A program made the translations under genes and the position numbers. Positions 25,131 through 38,961 of a stretch of 64,000 bases of DNA are shown one piece after another. This DNA is from Antechinus flavipes (Eukaryota). Positions within the stretch are counted from its first letter, which is position 1, and each line of letters starts with the position of its first letter. The stretch lies in the NCBI RefSeq assembly GCF_016432865.1, contig NC_067398.1, positions 492,404,001-492,468,000 of the forward strand, given 5' to 3'. The notes beneath the pieces are model-generated. The model saw only the letters and a program-made list of their open reading frames with translations, had not been told where the DNA came from and ran no database searches.

Positions 25131-26584
25131 ATTATAGAGAGATTGCTTACTTTACTGAGTTTTTATGAAGTCAAGAAAGGGATTCTCTTCATACAATGAA
25201 TTATTGTATAGGATCATCTATCTTTGTAACAATTTAAGTTTGAAAAATTCAAGGTTGTCATTGATAGTCAATGGAATTTTCAGAATGTTTTTTGGGGTAA
25301 AGTTGGATGACTGAACTTGAAATGGATATTTTTAAAATAAAACTAACCTTACTTTACTACTTTCATTATGTTATCTCCCATTAAAATTCAATTTTGGGGA
25401 CACCTATATTTATGTCAATAATTTGTTCCTTTTTAATTCACAAGGTGTTATTAACTTATAGGAGATAGCTACTTAAAGATTTTGAAATCTGGTAGAAATG
25501 GGAGCTTCAGCAGTGGAAACCATATTGACTCATGCTCATTGAACATTTGTTGTAAAGAACAGATTTGTTTGTATACTACATATTGCTAATCTGTTTGTCA
25601 TATGTTTAAAAGCCCAGAATTGCACAGGCAAAGAAGCTCATGTGGAAATGTCACAGTACATGGACAGAAATAGGTAAAAGTTGGCATGAGATCTGTGGAC
25701 CCTGCCAATTTTATGGCTCACCATAACAAGTGTGGGATTCTCATTGTATACCCTGTCCTACTGCTATTTATTGAACTGGAATCATCATAATCACTTCACT
25801 ATTTGGACTGAGGTAATGGTAAAACAGACACTGGCTGTTTCTGGCAGTGCTTTCAAGTTGTTGTTTTTGAATCAATTTAGTTTACTGGTACCTACTCATG
25901 AATGTTTAGAAGGATGATTCTGGTTGGAAAGGACTCTGATGCTTTCATGCAAATTACTATGTTCGCAACAGTTAGATCATAAATGGGTAATGAGAAAAAA
26001 TAATTGTGGCATTTATAAAGTTTTGCATTCAAAATTTATATTAAAAGTATGCACAATGTAAATTTAGATGCATCTAAATCATAATTTTATGGAATTTTGC
26101 ATTCTTTATGATTCTAGTTTTTATCTGCCCATAAATCCTCTTGTGTTGTGCTCAGTGTGATATAGATTTGCTTCTAGGTCTTCTTTCTTCTCCTGGATAC
26201 CATGATACTTGAAAATTGAATGTTGTATTGCTTTTGTTGTATGATCAATCTGCCTCCTATTCTAATCATGACTTTTTAAAAAGTTCACTTCTTACATACC
26301 AATTGTCACTGATGGTAAAAATCCTATTCTGATTCTGTATTAGAATATAGATGTCACTCTGGGTTCTTAAAAACTTTGCCAGTATTAGTGTAAATTCTAA
26401 CATGTTCTAGGAAATTAGAAAGGCTTTGAATATAGTTCCAATGACAAAATAAATAAAGCATAAGGGCTTCTATCCTTGTGGGCAACAAGTAATTTAGGTC
26501 AAATGTATTATGGTTTTATATGTTTATTCTAGCCTAAGAAGTCTTTATGCTGTATTCTAATTTTATGTTATTTCTTCTTCTGAG

Positions 26585-26860
26585 GTAGTATAACATAATG
26601 GATAAAAGTATGCTGGATTTGTAGTTAGAAATATCTGGGTTCGAATCCTACCTCAATTATTTAACTTACAGTGTGACCAGGGCCACATCATTTAACATTT
26701 CTGAGACTTAGTTTTCTTATCTATAGACTAGAATAATAATAGCATTGCCTGATGGGATAATTATAAGGAGCAAATTATAAACAAACAAATAAATATACAT
26801 CCTATGAATGTATATTATATATACATATATCTGTAAAGAGCTTCATAAATCTTAAATGTA
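26585..26860 (+). mobile_element. MIR SINE
   Basis: gtagtataacataatgg...ctgggttcgaatcctacctc...tctgagacttagttttcttatctatag. Confidence 0.75.
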
Positions 26861-27084
26861 GAAGTAAAATTGATGTGATTATTATTATATAGAAGTTCTC
26901 CATGGAGTTCTCAGGGGGTAAGCTATGATGTGATGATTTTTCTGTTATAGCTAATATCCTATGGGCAAATGCTTGTCCATAGCTGAACATAATACTTGCT
27001 TTTGGTAGTTAAATACAAATATTAATATATAAAGTTCTTCCTTTGAAAACATTCTTCATGTAGTTCATAGGATGATGGGGATGT

Positions 27085-27355
27085 TATGGACCTCATCTTG
27101 TTCCTATATGATTTATTATTATTTTTGCTTTGTATTTTTTCTCTTTTGTCATATCACTATACTTCTATGTAAGACTATTATTTTCTTGCACATGTTTAAC
27201 CTATATTGCTTGCTATGTAGGGGAGGGGAGAGGGAAGAAAGGGAGAAAAATTTGGAACACAATGTTTTGTAAAGATGAATGTTGAAAACTATTTTTGCAT
27301 GTATTTAGAAAAATAAAAAGCTAATATAAAAAACAAAATAAATGAATAAATAAAA
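27085..27355 (+). mobile_element. L1 3' end
   Basis: gcacatgtttaacctatattgc...gggagaaaaatttggaacacaatgttttg...aataaaaagc plus A-rich tail. Confidence 0.8.
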
Positions 27356-27559
27356 AGACAATTATTCTTTTGAAACATGAAAGGAAATCCTTGTTTTTTC
27401 AAGAATTTTTATTTCAATGAATGATGTTGTTTTTTTTTTTTTTAAAGCTTCTTGTGGTGAGCATTCCATATACCTCCTGATACAAATCTTTAAATGATAC
27501 TGTTAAAAGGAAAATTCTATTTTCAGACCTTCACCTTGATTAAAGTGATAAAACCCAGG

Positions 27560-28245
27560 AAAAGGAAGTTAAAATGGAGTTTATTAACACACAAATCATA
27601 AAAGAAGAAAAAGGACCCACATGGTCAAAAATGTAGCAACTCTTTTTGCAGTGACAAAGGATTTGAAACTGAGTGCATGAGTATGGAGAATGGCTAAATA
27701 AGCTATCATATTTGAATATAATGGAATAATATTTTTATGTAAGAAATGATGAGCAGGGTGACCTCAGAAAAACCCAGAAAGTCTTTTATGAATGGATGCT
27801 GAGTGAAGTGAGCAGAACCAGGAGAACATTGTACAATAAATTTATGTGATAATAAATTATGATAGACTTATCGTCTTCTCAGCCATATGGTGATCTAAGA
27901 ATAGACTTGGATTGGAAATGCCACCAACACATATGGAGAGAACTATGGAGAATGAATGTGAATTGAAGCATACTTTTTTTATTTTATTTTGTTTACTTTT
28001 TCTTTCTTATGTTTTTTTTTTCCCTTTTCTGATTTTTCTTTTACAACGTGACTAATGTGAAAATAGATTTAAAAGAATTGCATGCATAAAAACTATATCA
28101 AATTGTTTGCTGTTGGGGAGAAGAGAAGTAAGAAAGGCAGGGTAAAAAATTTTTGAACTTGAAATCTTATAATGATTAATGTTGAAAACTATCTTGCATA
28201 TTTTTGAGAAAAGAACAAAAATAAATAACAACAACAAAAAAACCA
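27560..28245 (+). mobile_element. L1 ORF2-end/3' UTR
   Basis: ggagaatggctaaataagct...gagtgaagtgagcagaaccaggagaacattgtac...gttgaaaactatcttgcat. Confidence 0.8.
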
Positions 28246-28498
28246 CCTACCAAAGCAGAACATGGTAGGGAATCCAAACCAGGAACTGCTTTTATAGACA
28301 AGAGTGAGAGTCTTCCATAAAAAGGCATTTTGATTGGAACATACAATGTGAGGAAGTGTCTTATCAGCTCTTCCCTAAGAATTTGGGTTGGTCCCTGATT
28401 ATATTGAGGAGATGGGATTAATAAGCATTCCTGATAGCTGCTGCCAGTACTCATTATGAGGAAACAGGATAAGATTTAAGGAGTGTCCTTGCCTGCAG

Positions 28499-28548
28499 AA
28501 CAGCCCGTCCCAAAGTCAAGCGAGATTAGAAGATGGAGTCCCTTCAGA
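28499..28548 (+). CDS. Candidate exon NSPSQSQARLEDGVPS(E); phase 0-2, or terminal with TGA
   Basis: Acceptor gtgtccttgcctgcag, 2 CpGs, weak donor GA|gtgact. Confidence 0.2.
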
Positions 28549-28911
28549 GTGACTCTAGATTGGTGACTAATTTTATAAAATATCTTTACATTATCACTAA
28601 TCATACGCATAGCGCAGCACACTTGGTCTACATTGTTAACCTAGCCTCAACCATATCATCCAAGTCTCTGCTGCAGAGTTAATTTGAGTAAGTAGTAATG
28701 GCCATAGCTAAGGCACTAAAAAGTTATACAGAAAATAAGTATACTGTGGTTGTATTACAAAAATGGCAGTTTCATATTTTCATCAATGTCATAAAAGTTA
28801 AACAAACTTAAGCAGAATTATAATCTCATATATCCATTAGGGAGGATGAAATTTGTTAAACAGGCTCTAGAGATAAACTAAATAAGGTTACAGATTAAAC
28901 CACTTAGAGGC

Positions 28912-29133
28912 TCGCTGTTGAACCATTTTTCAGTTCACAAAGAGTTGTGATTCCATTTGGGGTTTTCTTGGGGAAGATAGCCATTTCCTTCTCTAGCTCA
29001 TTTGACAGATGAGGAAACTGAGGCAAACAGTTAAGTAACTTGCCCAGGATCACACAGCTAGTAAATGACTGAGACTAGGTTTGAACTCAGGAAGATGAAT
29101 CTTCCTGACTTTGGCCCTGACATTCTAGCTGCT
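28912..29133 (-). mobile_element. MAR1-type SINE
   Basis: tccatttggggttttcttggg...tagctcatttgacagatgaggaaactgaggcaaacag. Confidence 0.8.
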
Positions 29134-29786
29134 CATTCTTAGAGGGTTTACTATGTATTAATTTAAGAAGGGAGAGTTACATAACATCAAGATTACCTAG
29201 AAAACTCAGTAAATATACATACTTTGAAACAAACAAAAATAACCTCAAGTCTCCTTATAACTATATTAGCCCATTTCCAGTGTCCATTTAATCAGCACAT
29301 TTCATCTTGAATTCCAGTTGTCCCTAAAGTGGTCTGGTCTCTGGATATTCCAGAATAGGCTTCTTCCTTAGGATAGCTCTGAAGGGATCTTCTCCTAGAA
29401 AATCCACATCTCTGGTTCCAAGTCACTTTCAAAGAGTCTGGGTAATCCTAATGAAATCTGTCAGTAACAAGACTCAATACAATTTAGTACAATTTCTCAA
29501 ATTTGCTTTTTTAGTAACTAGTTCATGTGGTGAAAACTAACTCAAACCTTATGGGTGTAATCTTAGTAACAAGAGAGTTATAAGAACAACCACTTAGGAA
29601 TCCATAATTCACTTGAAATATCAGAGAATTTCACTTTTTACATGCCACTTACTCTTTCTATCTTTACTTAAACTCTGTACCTGATAGGTATAATGCCATT
29701 AAGAAACTAAAGGAGAAATCTAAGAAAAGAAAAAAAGAAAAATTCCATGAGAGCCTGACTTGTAAAACGAGCCCTTTATCTCTTAA

Positions 29787-30119
29787 TAGTTATCCCTTCC
29801 ACATTGTGACTTTCCACATTGTGGTTTCAATATATTGCTGGTCAGCATAAGAAATTAAATGAGAATTTTGCAGGAGTTTATGGAAGCCACAGATGACATA
29901 TAAAGGCCAGCAGATGACACAAAAAAAGTTTAGAAACTCAGATATGTATAAAATATGTATGTTGTATATTATCAAAGTATTTTATCTTTTACCATAACAA
30001 AATCATTAACAATTTATATTTCTTCTCTGGTACAAAGGAGGTCCAAAACATTTTATATGGATTTTCCAGATTGCAGGGACTCCACATCCCTAACCCCCAT
30101 GATGTGGATGGGATAACTG
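29787..30119. mobile_element. Tc1/mariner Tigger-type MITE
   Basis: TIRs tagttatcccttccacattgtg and catgatgtggatgggataactg, followed by TA. Confidence 0.85.
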
Positions 30120-31699
30120 TATTATCAGGCAGGGACTTTAAAATAGGGGATAAAGACGTGGTTTAAAATTCCTTACAATTATTAATTCAATATTATATGT
30201 AAAAACTCTCATCCAGTTTTGAGAACTTATTACTAAAACATACTCAAGGCCTAAGCATCACAATAGAAATATTTAGAAACCAGATCGCATACATTTCAGA
30301 ATGACTTTGCATAAGTGACATATCTTACACAATACATTATCACTGGTCTTTTTCCATGTAATGCCTTTTTACCACCAACTACCAAACAACTATAAGATTT
30401 GGGGTTTTACAGTTTTTTCCCTATCCCAAACTTCCTCCATTATCCCAAGCAGATAAGTCTCTCATAAGAATGGAGGGAGAGATACTTAGGCAAAGATAAG
30501 TCCAAGAGAACAGATCCTTGTCTCGTTCTTTACCAAATACGTGGGGGAAGTGAATTTTTGAAAGAATATGCCACAGGTATTTGACAGGAATGTTTTATCA
30601 CTACTTTTCCTACTATTCCATTTCATTAAATGTCCTTTTCTTTTCTACCTGCCCACCCACATTTTTTGAGTTTGGTCTTAAATTTAAACTACCAAGGTCT
30701 CAATGTCCCTATCTATAAAAGGAAAATGTTGGATTATTCTTTCCAATTCTAAATCTACATTTCTTAAAAACAAAATTTAAAAAGGAATATACATACATAC
30801 AAACAAACAAACCCAATCTAACTTTGAGTTGTGTCTAAGGATGAGTTTTGTATGACATCCCTACATTCTAATGTTCACAATAGCCCACCAGGATAGTAGA
30901 TGCCCTGTCATTGGGTCACCATTACAAGAACACCTGTGTTAAATAACTTGGAGCAGATCTACTGTGAAGAGTCAGTGTTCACTAGCCCTCAAAATTTCTC
31001 ATTTCTTACCTGGGGTAGGTTGAGCTAACTCTAATAGTTGAACATTGGTTGGCCCAAACTTCTTACATCCTTTTTATTTGTTCCTGGCATGGTGCCTTGG
31101 CATTTTTTTTAATTCCCACCATCCTTCGGTCCCTTTTTCTGTTTCAGTAAAGGGAGAAAGCTGGGGGAGGGGAGTAATAGGCTGTAGAGATGTAATGATG
31201 CAGCTGTTTCAATTATAAAAGCACATATAAAAACAGAACCACTTCACAATCAGGAAGAAACTGCAAACAGCACACCTGAGAATAGAATGATGCCATTTAT
31301 ACCTCGGAATTGCAATGGTCTACATACAGGCAATGGCTGTGATTAATACATTAAAATTCTATATTTTTATAAGGCCAAATTAATATTTGGGTCTAATTTT
31401 AAGCTAAGTAGAGAAATTATGTGTGTTTGTGTTGGAGGGACTGGGGAGGGGGCAAAATACCACTTTTCAAACTGCTTCATAAGGCTTTCTTTTTTTATCC
31501 TTTTAAAAGACTTTCAAAACCTCCTATGGAACAGGATCCAAGAGTAACATTGGACTGGTCCCTCAATGCAAACATAAAACCAATTTGAAACCTAAATGAA
31601 AGAAACCAGTTTGGTTTTGCTATCCAAATATCTTGTACAAGAGGAAGACATACTTGCAATTTCTCAAACCAATTAGGTGGTGGGTATTAACTTTAATAC

Positions 31700-31828
31700 T
31701 TCTCAGTGCTTTGGGCAGCTCTGTAAGATTTTAAGTTGCAGAGATGGTGCCAACTTGTATTGGTAGAAGGAGTCTCCTCACCTGGGAACTTTCTATTTCA
31801 ATGAAATCACAAGTCCAATCTCTATCCT
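31700..31828 (+). mobile_element. WALLSI4-like SINE tail
   Basis: ctcagtgctttgggcagctc...gttgcagagatggtgccaacttgtattggtagaaggag...aatgaaatcacaagtcca. Confidence 0.7.
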
Positions 31829-32429
31829 TATTAACTTTAATAGTCTAAGGAATTATTTGCAGAGCATGAAATGAAAATGGCAAGGTAGGATTTTGAAGTG
31901 GATTCTGTCTTTTCAAGTGCAGATGGATGGAATGATGGAATGACAAGGATTTAAGAATAAGACCTGAGTTCTGATCTCTTTCACTCCCTGATTTGTGACC
32001 TTGAAAATCACTTCACATCTTGAACCTTCATTTATCTCAGCTGTAAATTAAGTGGTCTCTAAGGTCCCATCAACCTGTGACATTTATGATTATGCTTTAA
32101 TGTATTGTGAGGATCAGACCAAACACTTATAATAGTGGAAGTTAGTTAATTTCCTGGTGCTTCATAGTCCATAGGATCAAGAATGAAATCTTGTGATAGT
32201 GAATGGCTCCTAAAACTGAGACCCAAGCCAAGTAGGAATGACAGCTAAAAAGGGCAAAAGAGAAATAGTATTATTCAAATATCATTTAGTTACATGGTTC
32301 CATATGTAAGCACTTCCTCTAATAGTGCAAGTTTCTAACTTAGAAACACCTTCCCATCCTTTATAATTTTTATACTGTCCCTGCATGAATCACATGTAAA
32401 GGTCTTTCTCTGTTCCTTTGAACAAAACA

Positions 32430-34945
32430 AGACTATTGTCTTTTGTCCTTCGTGATGCTCTCTTTCTTTCCTCAATGAATTCAGTGCTTGATTCAGTCTT
32501 TCTTTCATCTCCAACTTCTGTCTTCATACTAAGGGACTTTCAGTCATATGTATGTGTGTGTGTGTATATATATAATATACATATATGTGTGTGTGTGTGT
32601 GTATAGTGTATCTATACACACACACACACAGATAGATATAGACAATCCCTCAAGCACCATACTTTCATAGTTCCTCAATATATTTATTTCATATGACCTC
32701 ACCCCACCTCATCCACACACAAAGATGATCCTACTTTGATCTTAACATTATTCTCAAATACTCAATTTTCAAGTTAAGGAATTCTGAATTTGCCCAATCT
32801 GCTCACAGTCTATTGGCATTTCATCTCTTCCTTTACCAAAACTTGTTCTTTAGCTACACTGTAGTATACAATTCCTTGACCACTCAATTCTCTCCCAGGA
32901 TATTACTTCTGCAGTAGTCATATTTTCTCTATCTTGGCCCGTTGTTGAACCAGTTCAACTCTACACTGGATTTTTGTCCTGAGTCTCTTACTGCCTTATA
33001 TATCACTGATCATGTCCTGGCCAAGTCTCAACCTCATTCTCATAATCTGCTGTTTTCTCTCCTGTACATTGAATGAAACTGGAGAAAGAAAATCCCTAAA
33101 TATGCTGACTAGGTCCATGAATTTATGTTACATGAATGTCCAATAAATTTATGTTACATAACCTCAACTGGGACCTCACTAGAGAAAGACAATTCTTCAA
33201 TGCCTTCCTCATCAACTCATTATCTTATTCTTTACAGAAATTCCTCCAAGCTTTTTCACACTTCCTCAAATCTCTGATGGTTCCCATTCTCCCCTTCTCA
33301 GCTCAGAATATTGCCTTGTATTTTATTGGGAAAAAATTGATTCCCTTTACCATGAGCTTCCTCTTCTCCCCTCTTTTTCATCTCATACTATTATCTACTC
33401 TTTTACTCCTGACTTACATGAAAATGTGTCTTTTTTCCTTGCTAAGACCAAAGCTTTTCTATTTACCATCCTGTCTTCTCCAACAGATTGTCCCTTCAAT
33501 CTTTCCCTATTTTCTGCTTCCCTACTGCCCTATAAATATGCCATGTTTTTCCCATCCTTAAAAAACCCTCACTTGATCTATTTATACCCACTAGCTATTA
33601 TCCCATATCTCTTCTCTCCTTTGTGGCTAAACTCCTTGAGAAGGCAATCTAGGTTCCTCCACTTTCTTTCACCTCTCTCTTTTTTAACTCTGACAGGCTG
33701 GATTCTGACCTCATCATTCAACTAAAATTGCACCTCCAAAGTTAGTAATGCCAAATCTAATAATCTAAGTCCTTTCTCTGTCTAAATCTGTTCTCACTCC
33801 TTATTCTTCTTAATCTCTCTGAAGTCTTTGTCCCCATCAATCACCTTCTTCTCTTAGATACTCTCTTCTCTTTAGATTTTCATTACATTGCTCTCCTGGT
33901 TCTTCTTTTCCCACACATTCGACCATTCCTCAATCTCCTTTGCTGCATTTTTCTGCCCATTCATTGTTGAATTCCCCACAGGCCTCAGTTCTGGACTTTC
34001 TTCTTTTTTCTCTCTATACTATTTTACTTGGTGATCTCATTCACTGCCAATGATTAAATTTTCATCTCTATGTGAATGATTGTCAGATTTACTTATATAG
34101 CTTTAATCTTTCTGCTGACTTCTAGTTTCATATCTCCAACCAAAGAGATTTGAACTAGATGTCCTGTAAGCTCCACATGTCCAAAACTGAAGTTACCATC
34201 TTACCTTTCCCTGCTCCAATCCTCCTTCCAAATGTTCTTAATACTGTTGAGGACACCACCTACTTTTCAGACCTCTAGGCTCACAACCTATCAACTTGAA
34301 TTCCTTATACTTTCCCATCCAATCTGTGGCCAAGCCCTATCCATTTTACCTTTGTAACATGTCTCACATATTCTCCTTTCTCATTTGCTATTTCCACCGC
34401 AGTGAGTCTATCTTCTTCTCATATGTTGACTATTTCAGTAGCCTTCTGATTAACTCATGGTTACAAATTCTCTTCACTCCAAACCCACCCTCCAATTAGC
34501 TATCAAAATGATCTTCCTACAGAATAGGTCTACCCTATCACTACACCCATCCACCCCCTCAATAAATTCCTATGACTCCTCCATTTGGTGTTAAAGATCT
34601 TCATTTACTACCGCCCTCCATCTTTCCAGATTTCTTATACCTTTCACCTCCCCCATATACTTTTACATTCAATAACATTGATCCCCTTACTGTTCCTTGA
34701 ATAAGATACTCCTTTTCCTTACTCTGGGCATCTCATCTTTTATAGGAAGATTTTCCTGTTCCCTTTGAAGTTTATTGACTTTCCTCTATCAATTACTTCC
34801 AATTAATCCTTTATACAGTTTGTTTGTATATAATTATTTGGATGTTCTCCATTAGATGGTAAACTTCTAGAAAACAGAGTTGTACTTTTATTTATATCCT
34901 CAGTATATGGCATATAATAGGTGCTTAATATTTATTGACTGACTT
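32430..34945 (+). mobile_element. Long decayed L2 (ORF2 part to 3' end) with an internal GT/AT/AC microsatellite (~32548-32640)
   Basis: Pyrimidine-rich L2 body; ends gcatataataggtgcttaatatttattgactgact. Explains ORFs 33136-33725. Confidence 0.8.
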
Positions 34946-35007
34946 GGTACTAATACAATCATCTTTTGTTGTAAGCAATGCTGACTTTATTGTTCACCAT
35001 ATAAATT

Positions 35008-35250
35008 GATGTTGCTGTTGTTCACTTGTATCAGTTATACCAGACTCTTTGTGACCCCCACTTGGAGTTTTCATGGCAGATACTGAAATGATTTGCTCTT
35101 TTTCCAGGGGAGGAATCTGAAGCAAAAAAGGGTTAAGGACTTGCCTGGAATCATACAGCTAGTAAGTATTTGAAGCCAGCTTTGAACTCAGGAAAATGAA
35201 TCTGATTCCAAACCTGGCATACTATCCACTATGCCATCTAACTGTCCAAT
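35008..35250 (-). mobile_element. MAR1-type SINE
   Basis: gttgctgttgttcac tail, then cagactctttgtgacccc...tatccactatgccatctaactgtcc. Confidence 0.75.
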
Positions 35251-35562
35251 ATATTTAATATATACCCTGTGTAATTTGATCAATCACAGTATAATCAGAA
35301 CTTAATTTAATGCAATTTCACAAATATTTAATTACCATTTCTATATCTTGCACTATGTTAAGAGCTGGACGCAAATCAATCAATTAATTGGCAAACATTT
35401 ATTGAACATATGCCTTGTATAGGTATGTGATAAATGTTTAGCATACAAAGAATAAAATGAAAATAGTCCTTGCCCTTTAGTTTTTATTCTAGTAGAGGAG
35501 ACAATATATATACATATAAGTTTATAAAAATCCAAAGTAGATATGAAATAATAGATAGGAGC

Positions 35563-35812
35563 AAGGCAGGGCAGAAGATAGAGCCCTGTCTCTGGACAGA
35601 GGAAGACCTGAATTCAAATCCAGCCTCCAATACTTCCTAGCTGTATGACTCTGGGCAATTTACTTATCCCTGTTTGCCTTAGTTTCCTGATTTCCAAATG
35701 AGTTGGAGAAAGAAATGATAAACCACTCTATAATCTTTGCCAAGAAAATCCCAAATGGGGCCATGAAAAGTTGGATGTGACTACAACGAGTCAGCAACAA
35801 CTTCAACAGCAA
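35563..35812 (+). mobile_element. MAR1-type SINE nested in a minus-strand L2 end (~35380-35860)
   Basis: gaggaagacctgaattcaaatccagcc...gttggagaaagaaatg...ttgccaagaaaatcccaaatggggccatgaa. Confidence 0.8.
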
Positions 35813-36779
35813 CAATTCAGGGTAGGCTTCATGGTGGAAGTAACATTAAAACAGTGATGTATATTTATGTACTAGCCTATATATTGCACAACAAAAATAT
35901 CTCCTGAGCTACATGACAATGTTGGTTCTAACAAAAAACTCAGTGTTCAGTTAATTGAGAAGTGTGATATACTTCTTAGGACTCCCATCACTTTCCCAAA
36001 CTAGCACCTAACAGCATGTTGAACACAGGCATGAGTTAACTGGTTCATGTTATACTTTTCATTCTATTTTTATTTTATTTTGAATAATATGCAATAGAAC
36101 TTCAGATGTGTTTGTTAGAGCAAATATATGCATTCTCCTAATATATTACCAAGGGAAACCATAGAAAGGATGACTAAGAGCTTCATGTCTGAGTAGCCAG
36201 GTGAGTTTTGGTCTCACATCACATTCCTAGCACAGGAGGAGAAGACAAGACCTCAAATCAAATATCTTACTGACTGAGTCAATCGAACCCTCTTTGTATT
36301 TACGCAGCTGAGCTCCACCAAACTTCACAAACCAAATAGATATTTCGAAAGCAAAATGAACTTTAATAATTATCTGAAGGCCCACTACCTATTTTCCCCA
36401 TCATTAAAGAGAATCTGCTTTGTTCTCATCCTGCCAGAAACTAGCAGATCTGCTTTTCATTCTCTTACCCCATCCCATTCATTTCACTCAGAACTTAGCA
36501 GCTTCGGGTTTAGAAGAGAATCTGACCTTAGCCCAGTCCTAGGTGGTTAGCTGTAAAATTACTGATGGTTGGGAGACAGTAGCCACCTGTTTAATTGTAT
36601 TTAAACTTGTCTGAACTGGTTCACTCCATCTCCCTTTTAAGACCCACAGATAAGAACAAAATAGCATTTCCCTTTGACTCAATTCTTCTTGGGAAACTAA
36701 AAAGAGAAAGAGGGGGAGAGGGAAAAGAAAATTCTATTCTACAGCTTTTCCCCCCCAATAGCCCAGCAGTACTGTATAC

Positions 36780-37320
36780 AGAATAAGGAAGCTTCATTTC
36801 TGATTGAGGTTGCGAAGGTCACGAGATAGCAGTGTGATTCTCCACTTTAATGCTGAGCACTCGGCTTTTCGTGTCTTTTGTTAGGGGGTCCATATGGAAC
36901 AACATAGCACCTAGTCAGAGGTAGGCTAATTCCTTCTGGAATGAGAGGAGAGGGTGTGGGCTGGAGGGAAGTGAGCGGAAGCCCTGAGTGCTGCTGGTCC
37001 ATGCCAAGATGAAGGCGGCTGCCTACTGAGCAGCAATTGCTTCGTGCCAGCTTCTCCTAAAAGAAAGCCAGCAGTGCAAGATGCCACTGGCTCCCTGGCA
37101 GCTGCAGAGACATAATCTCCAGTAATTATGCGGCCATGTGATTGTCTGTGCCACCAGTTCTCAGGTCCATAATGACAGTGGGGTAGGAAAGAGAGAGGCA
37201 AACTGGTGCTGTTGACTGATGGGGAAGTTGTTCCCTCTACTCCACGAAGCCTGGGCTGCTGACTCTTGAGGACACAGGCTTTGCCTCTCTCTGCTCGGGA
37301 AGCAGGAGCATCTGGAAGCA
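36780..37320. promoter_or_regulatory. CpG-retaining, GC-richer block with tandem ETS sites
   Basis: About 10 CpG in ~520 bp; GGAAGT (36967-36972) and CGGAAG (36976-36981). Confidence 0.4.
36885..36920 (+). CDS. Candidate 36-nt symmetric micro-exon (phase 2-2): GSIWNNIAPSQ
   Basis: Acceptor ggcttttcgtgtcttttgttag, donor GAG|gtaggc, single open frame. Confidence 0.3.
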
Positions 37321-38194
37321 GATGTTAGCTTTGGGAAGTACTCAGATTCCAGATAGCCAAGCCCTTTGTTATTCAGGGGCTAATTATACAAGAGTTGGGC
37401 ATCCTACTCCCTTACTAATGTCTCTTCTTCCTCTCCCCAACTGCTAACCATTTGGCTATCTTCATACTCCTTAGCTTACCCATCAGAGAGCATCAAGGAA
37501 GGCAAAGGAAGTGACCTAGAAATCAGAATGTAAACTTCTTGAGACTAAGGATTATTTTATCTTTTTTTATTTATGTTTCCAGCTCCCAAGTCAGTATCTG
37601 ATACATAGTGGGAACTTAATAAGCATGCATTTATTGATCATTATTATGAAAATCTAAATTCAAGCATCTCCTATTACTCAGAGCCATCTTGGAATTGGAT
37701 CCAGATCAATCAACTGATAAACATTTCTCATGTGCCCATTATACACTAGATTGGTTGATTAAATTGGGTTTAGTTTCTTCCCTGATGGAAGGTGATCCAT
37801 GAAAACAAGGAGACACTAGGATTGGTCTGAGTTTCAAGGCTATCCTGTCTACCAGAATGGATACTTGTGAACTGACCATATGAGCTTCCTGATTCCCAGA
37901 AGCTATATTGTTACTCAGTAGTGCTAACATCTTCTGGTTGGTCCTAATTCTTCTAGGGATTTAGTTGGTAGCTTTGGTGACTAAATGAACTCTTAGATTA
38001 CCAGAGAATCAGTTAATACATGAACTGGGATCCTGTGTTCTTGTCCCACCTGTGGTATAGTGAAAAGAGCATTGGACTTGGAGGCAACAGACTTGGCTCA
38101 ATCTCTGCCACTAACTAGCTCAGTTAACTTAAGCAATCATTTCATTTTTGTAGGTCTCTATTTCCTCATCTGTAAAAGGATGGGTTGTATTTGA

Positions 38195-38400
38195 GCAAGA
38201 ATTCTTAACCTCTTTGTGTCATTTGTCACTCTGTTGAACCCTATAGATTCCTTATCAAAATGATGTCTTTAAATGTATAAAATAAAATATAGAGGATTAC
38301 AAAGAAAATAACAACAGTGAAATACTTATCAAATCAGTGGGAAAATACAAAAGCAAAATCATTACTGCCTGAATTCTATGGATTCTAGGTGAGGAATCTC
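38195..38400 (+). mobile_element. hAT-Charlie type MITE
   Basis: caagaattcttaacctctttgtgtcat...taaatgtataaaataaaatatagaggattacaaag; same family as 18322. Confidence 0.7.
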
Positions 38401-38454
38401 TTCATTTGATAACTCTAAGCTATTCCAGATCAAACATTGCAAAAGTGTAGCAGC

Positions 38455-38514
38455 TGATCTTGGATACTGAAGCAAATAATGATGTGATCTTGGATACTGA
38501 AGCAGATAATGATG
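38455..38514 (+). repeat. 30-bp tandem duplication (2 copies, 1 mismatch)
   Basis: tgatcttggatactgaagca(a/g)ataatgatg twice. Confidence 0.95.
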
Positions 38515-38915
38515 TAGAATGCTCTTTCAAAGGCAGAAAGTTGACTAGATGTCTTAATTCAGTGACAACTTTTAGCTTTCTATACTACAAACAAAAAAGT
38601 AGGGGCAGCATATCCATAGACTTTTCTTGGTGTAGACTGGAGTGTTATTTTCTAGTGTAATGTTAATCTATCGTACTGTTCTTCTTACTTGCAAAACTCA
38701 TACAAATTCACCTTTTATTTATCTGAGAAAAAAGGGGATCTGGGCTGTAGACAATCCAAAACAGTGAATAATCCAAAAAACATTTCTGTGTGGCTTTGTA
38801 ATGCATTATGATCCTCCCACTCTCTGCAGCAGACTTTCAGTTCAGTCTTTGATATATTTCTCTTAGATTAATTGGTCTGTATTTCCTGAACACACATCAA
38901 CTGAGAAGATTCTAT

Positions 38916-38917
<2 letters not shown>

Positions 38918-38959
<42 letters not shown>
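38918..38959 (+). repeat. (GT)21 microsatellite
   Basis: Direct reading. Confidence 0.95.

Positions 38960-38961
<2 letters not shown>

Noticed and set aside
25558-25600. aacagatt...aatctgtt hairpin as a pre-miRNA
   Set aside because: The stem is too short and mismatched for a ~60-70 nt precursor.
31210-31380. Double TATA (tataaaag, tataaaaa) followed by ATG as a promoter and gene start
   Set aside because: The ORF closes after 19 codons with no donor; TATA-like words are abundant in this AT-rich DNA.
38455-38514. 30-bp direct repeat as a CRISPR-like unit
   Set aside because: Two abutting copies with no spacer in a mammalian genome; an ordinary tandem duplication, like the small ones at ~33110 and ~44340.
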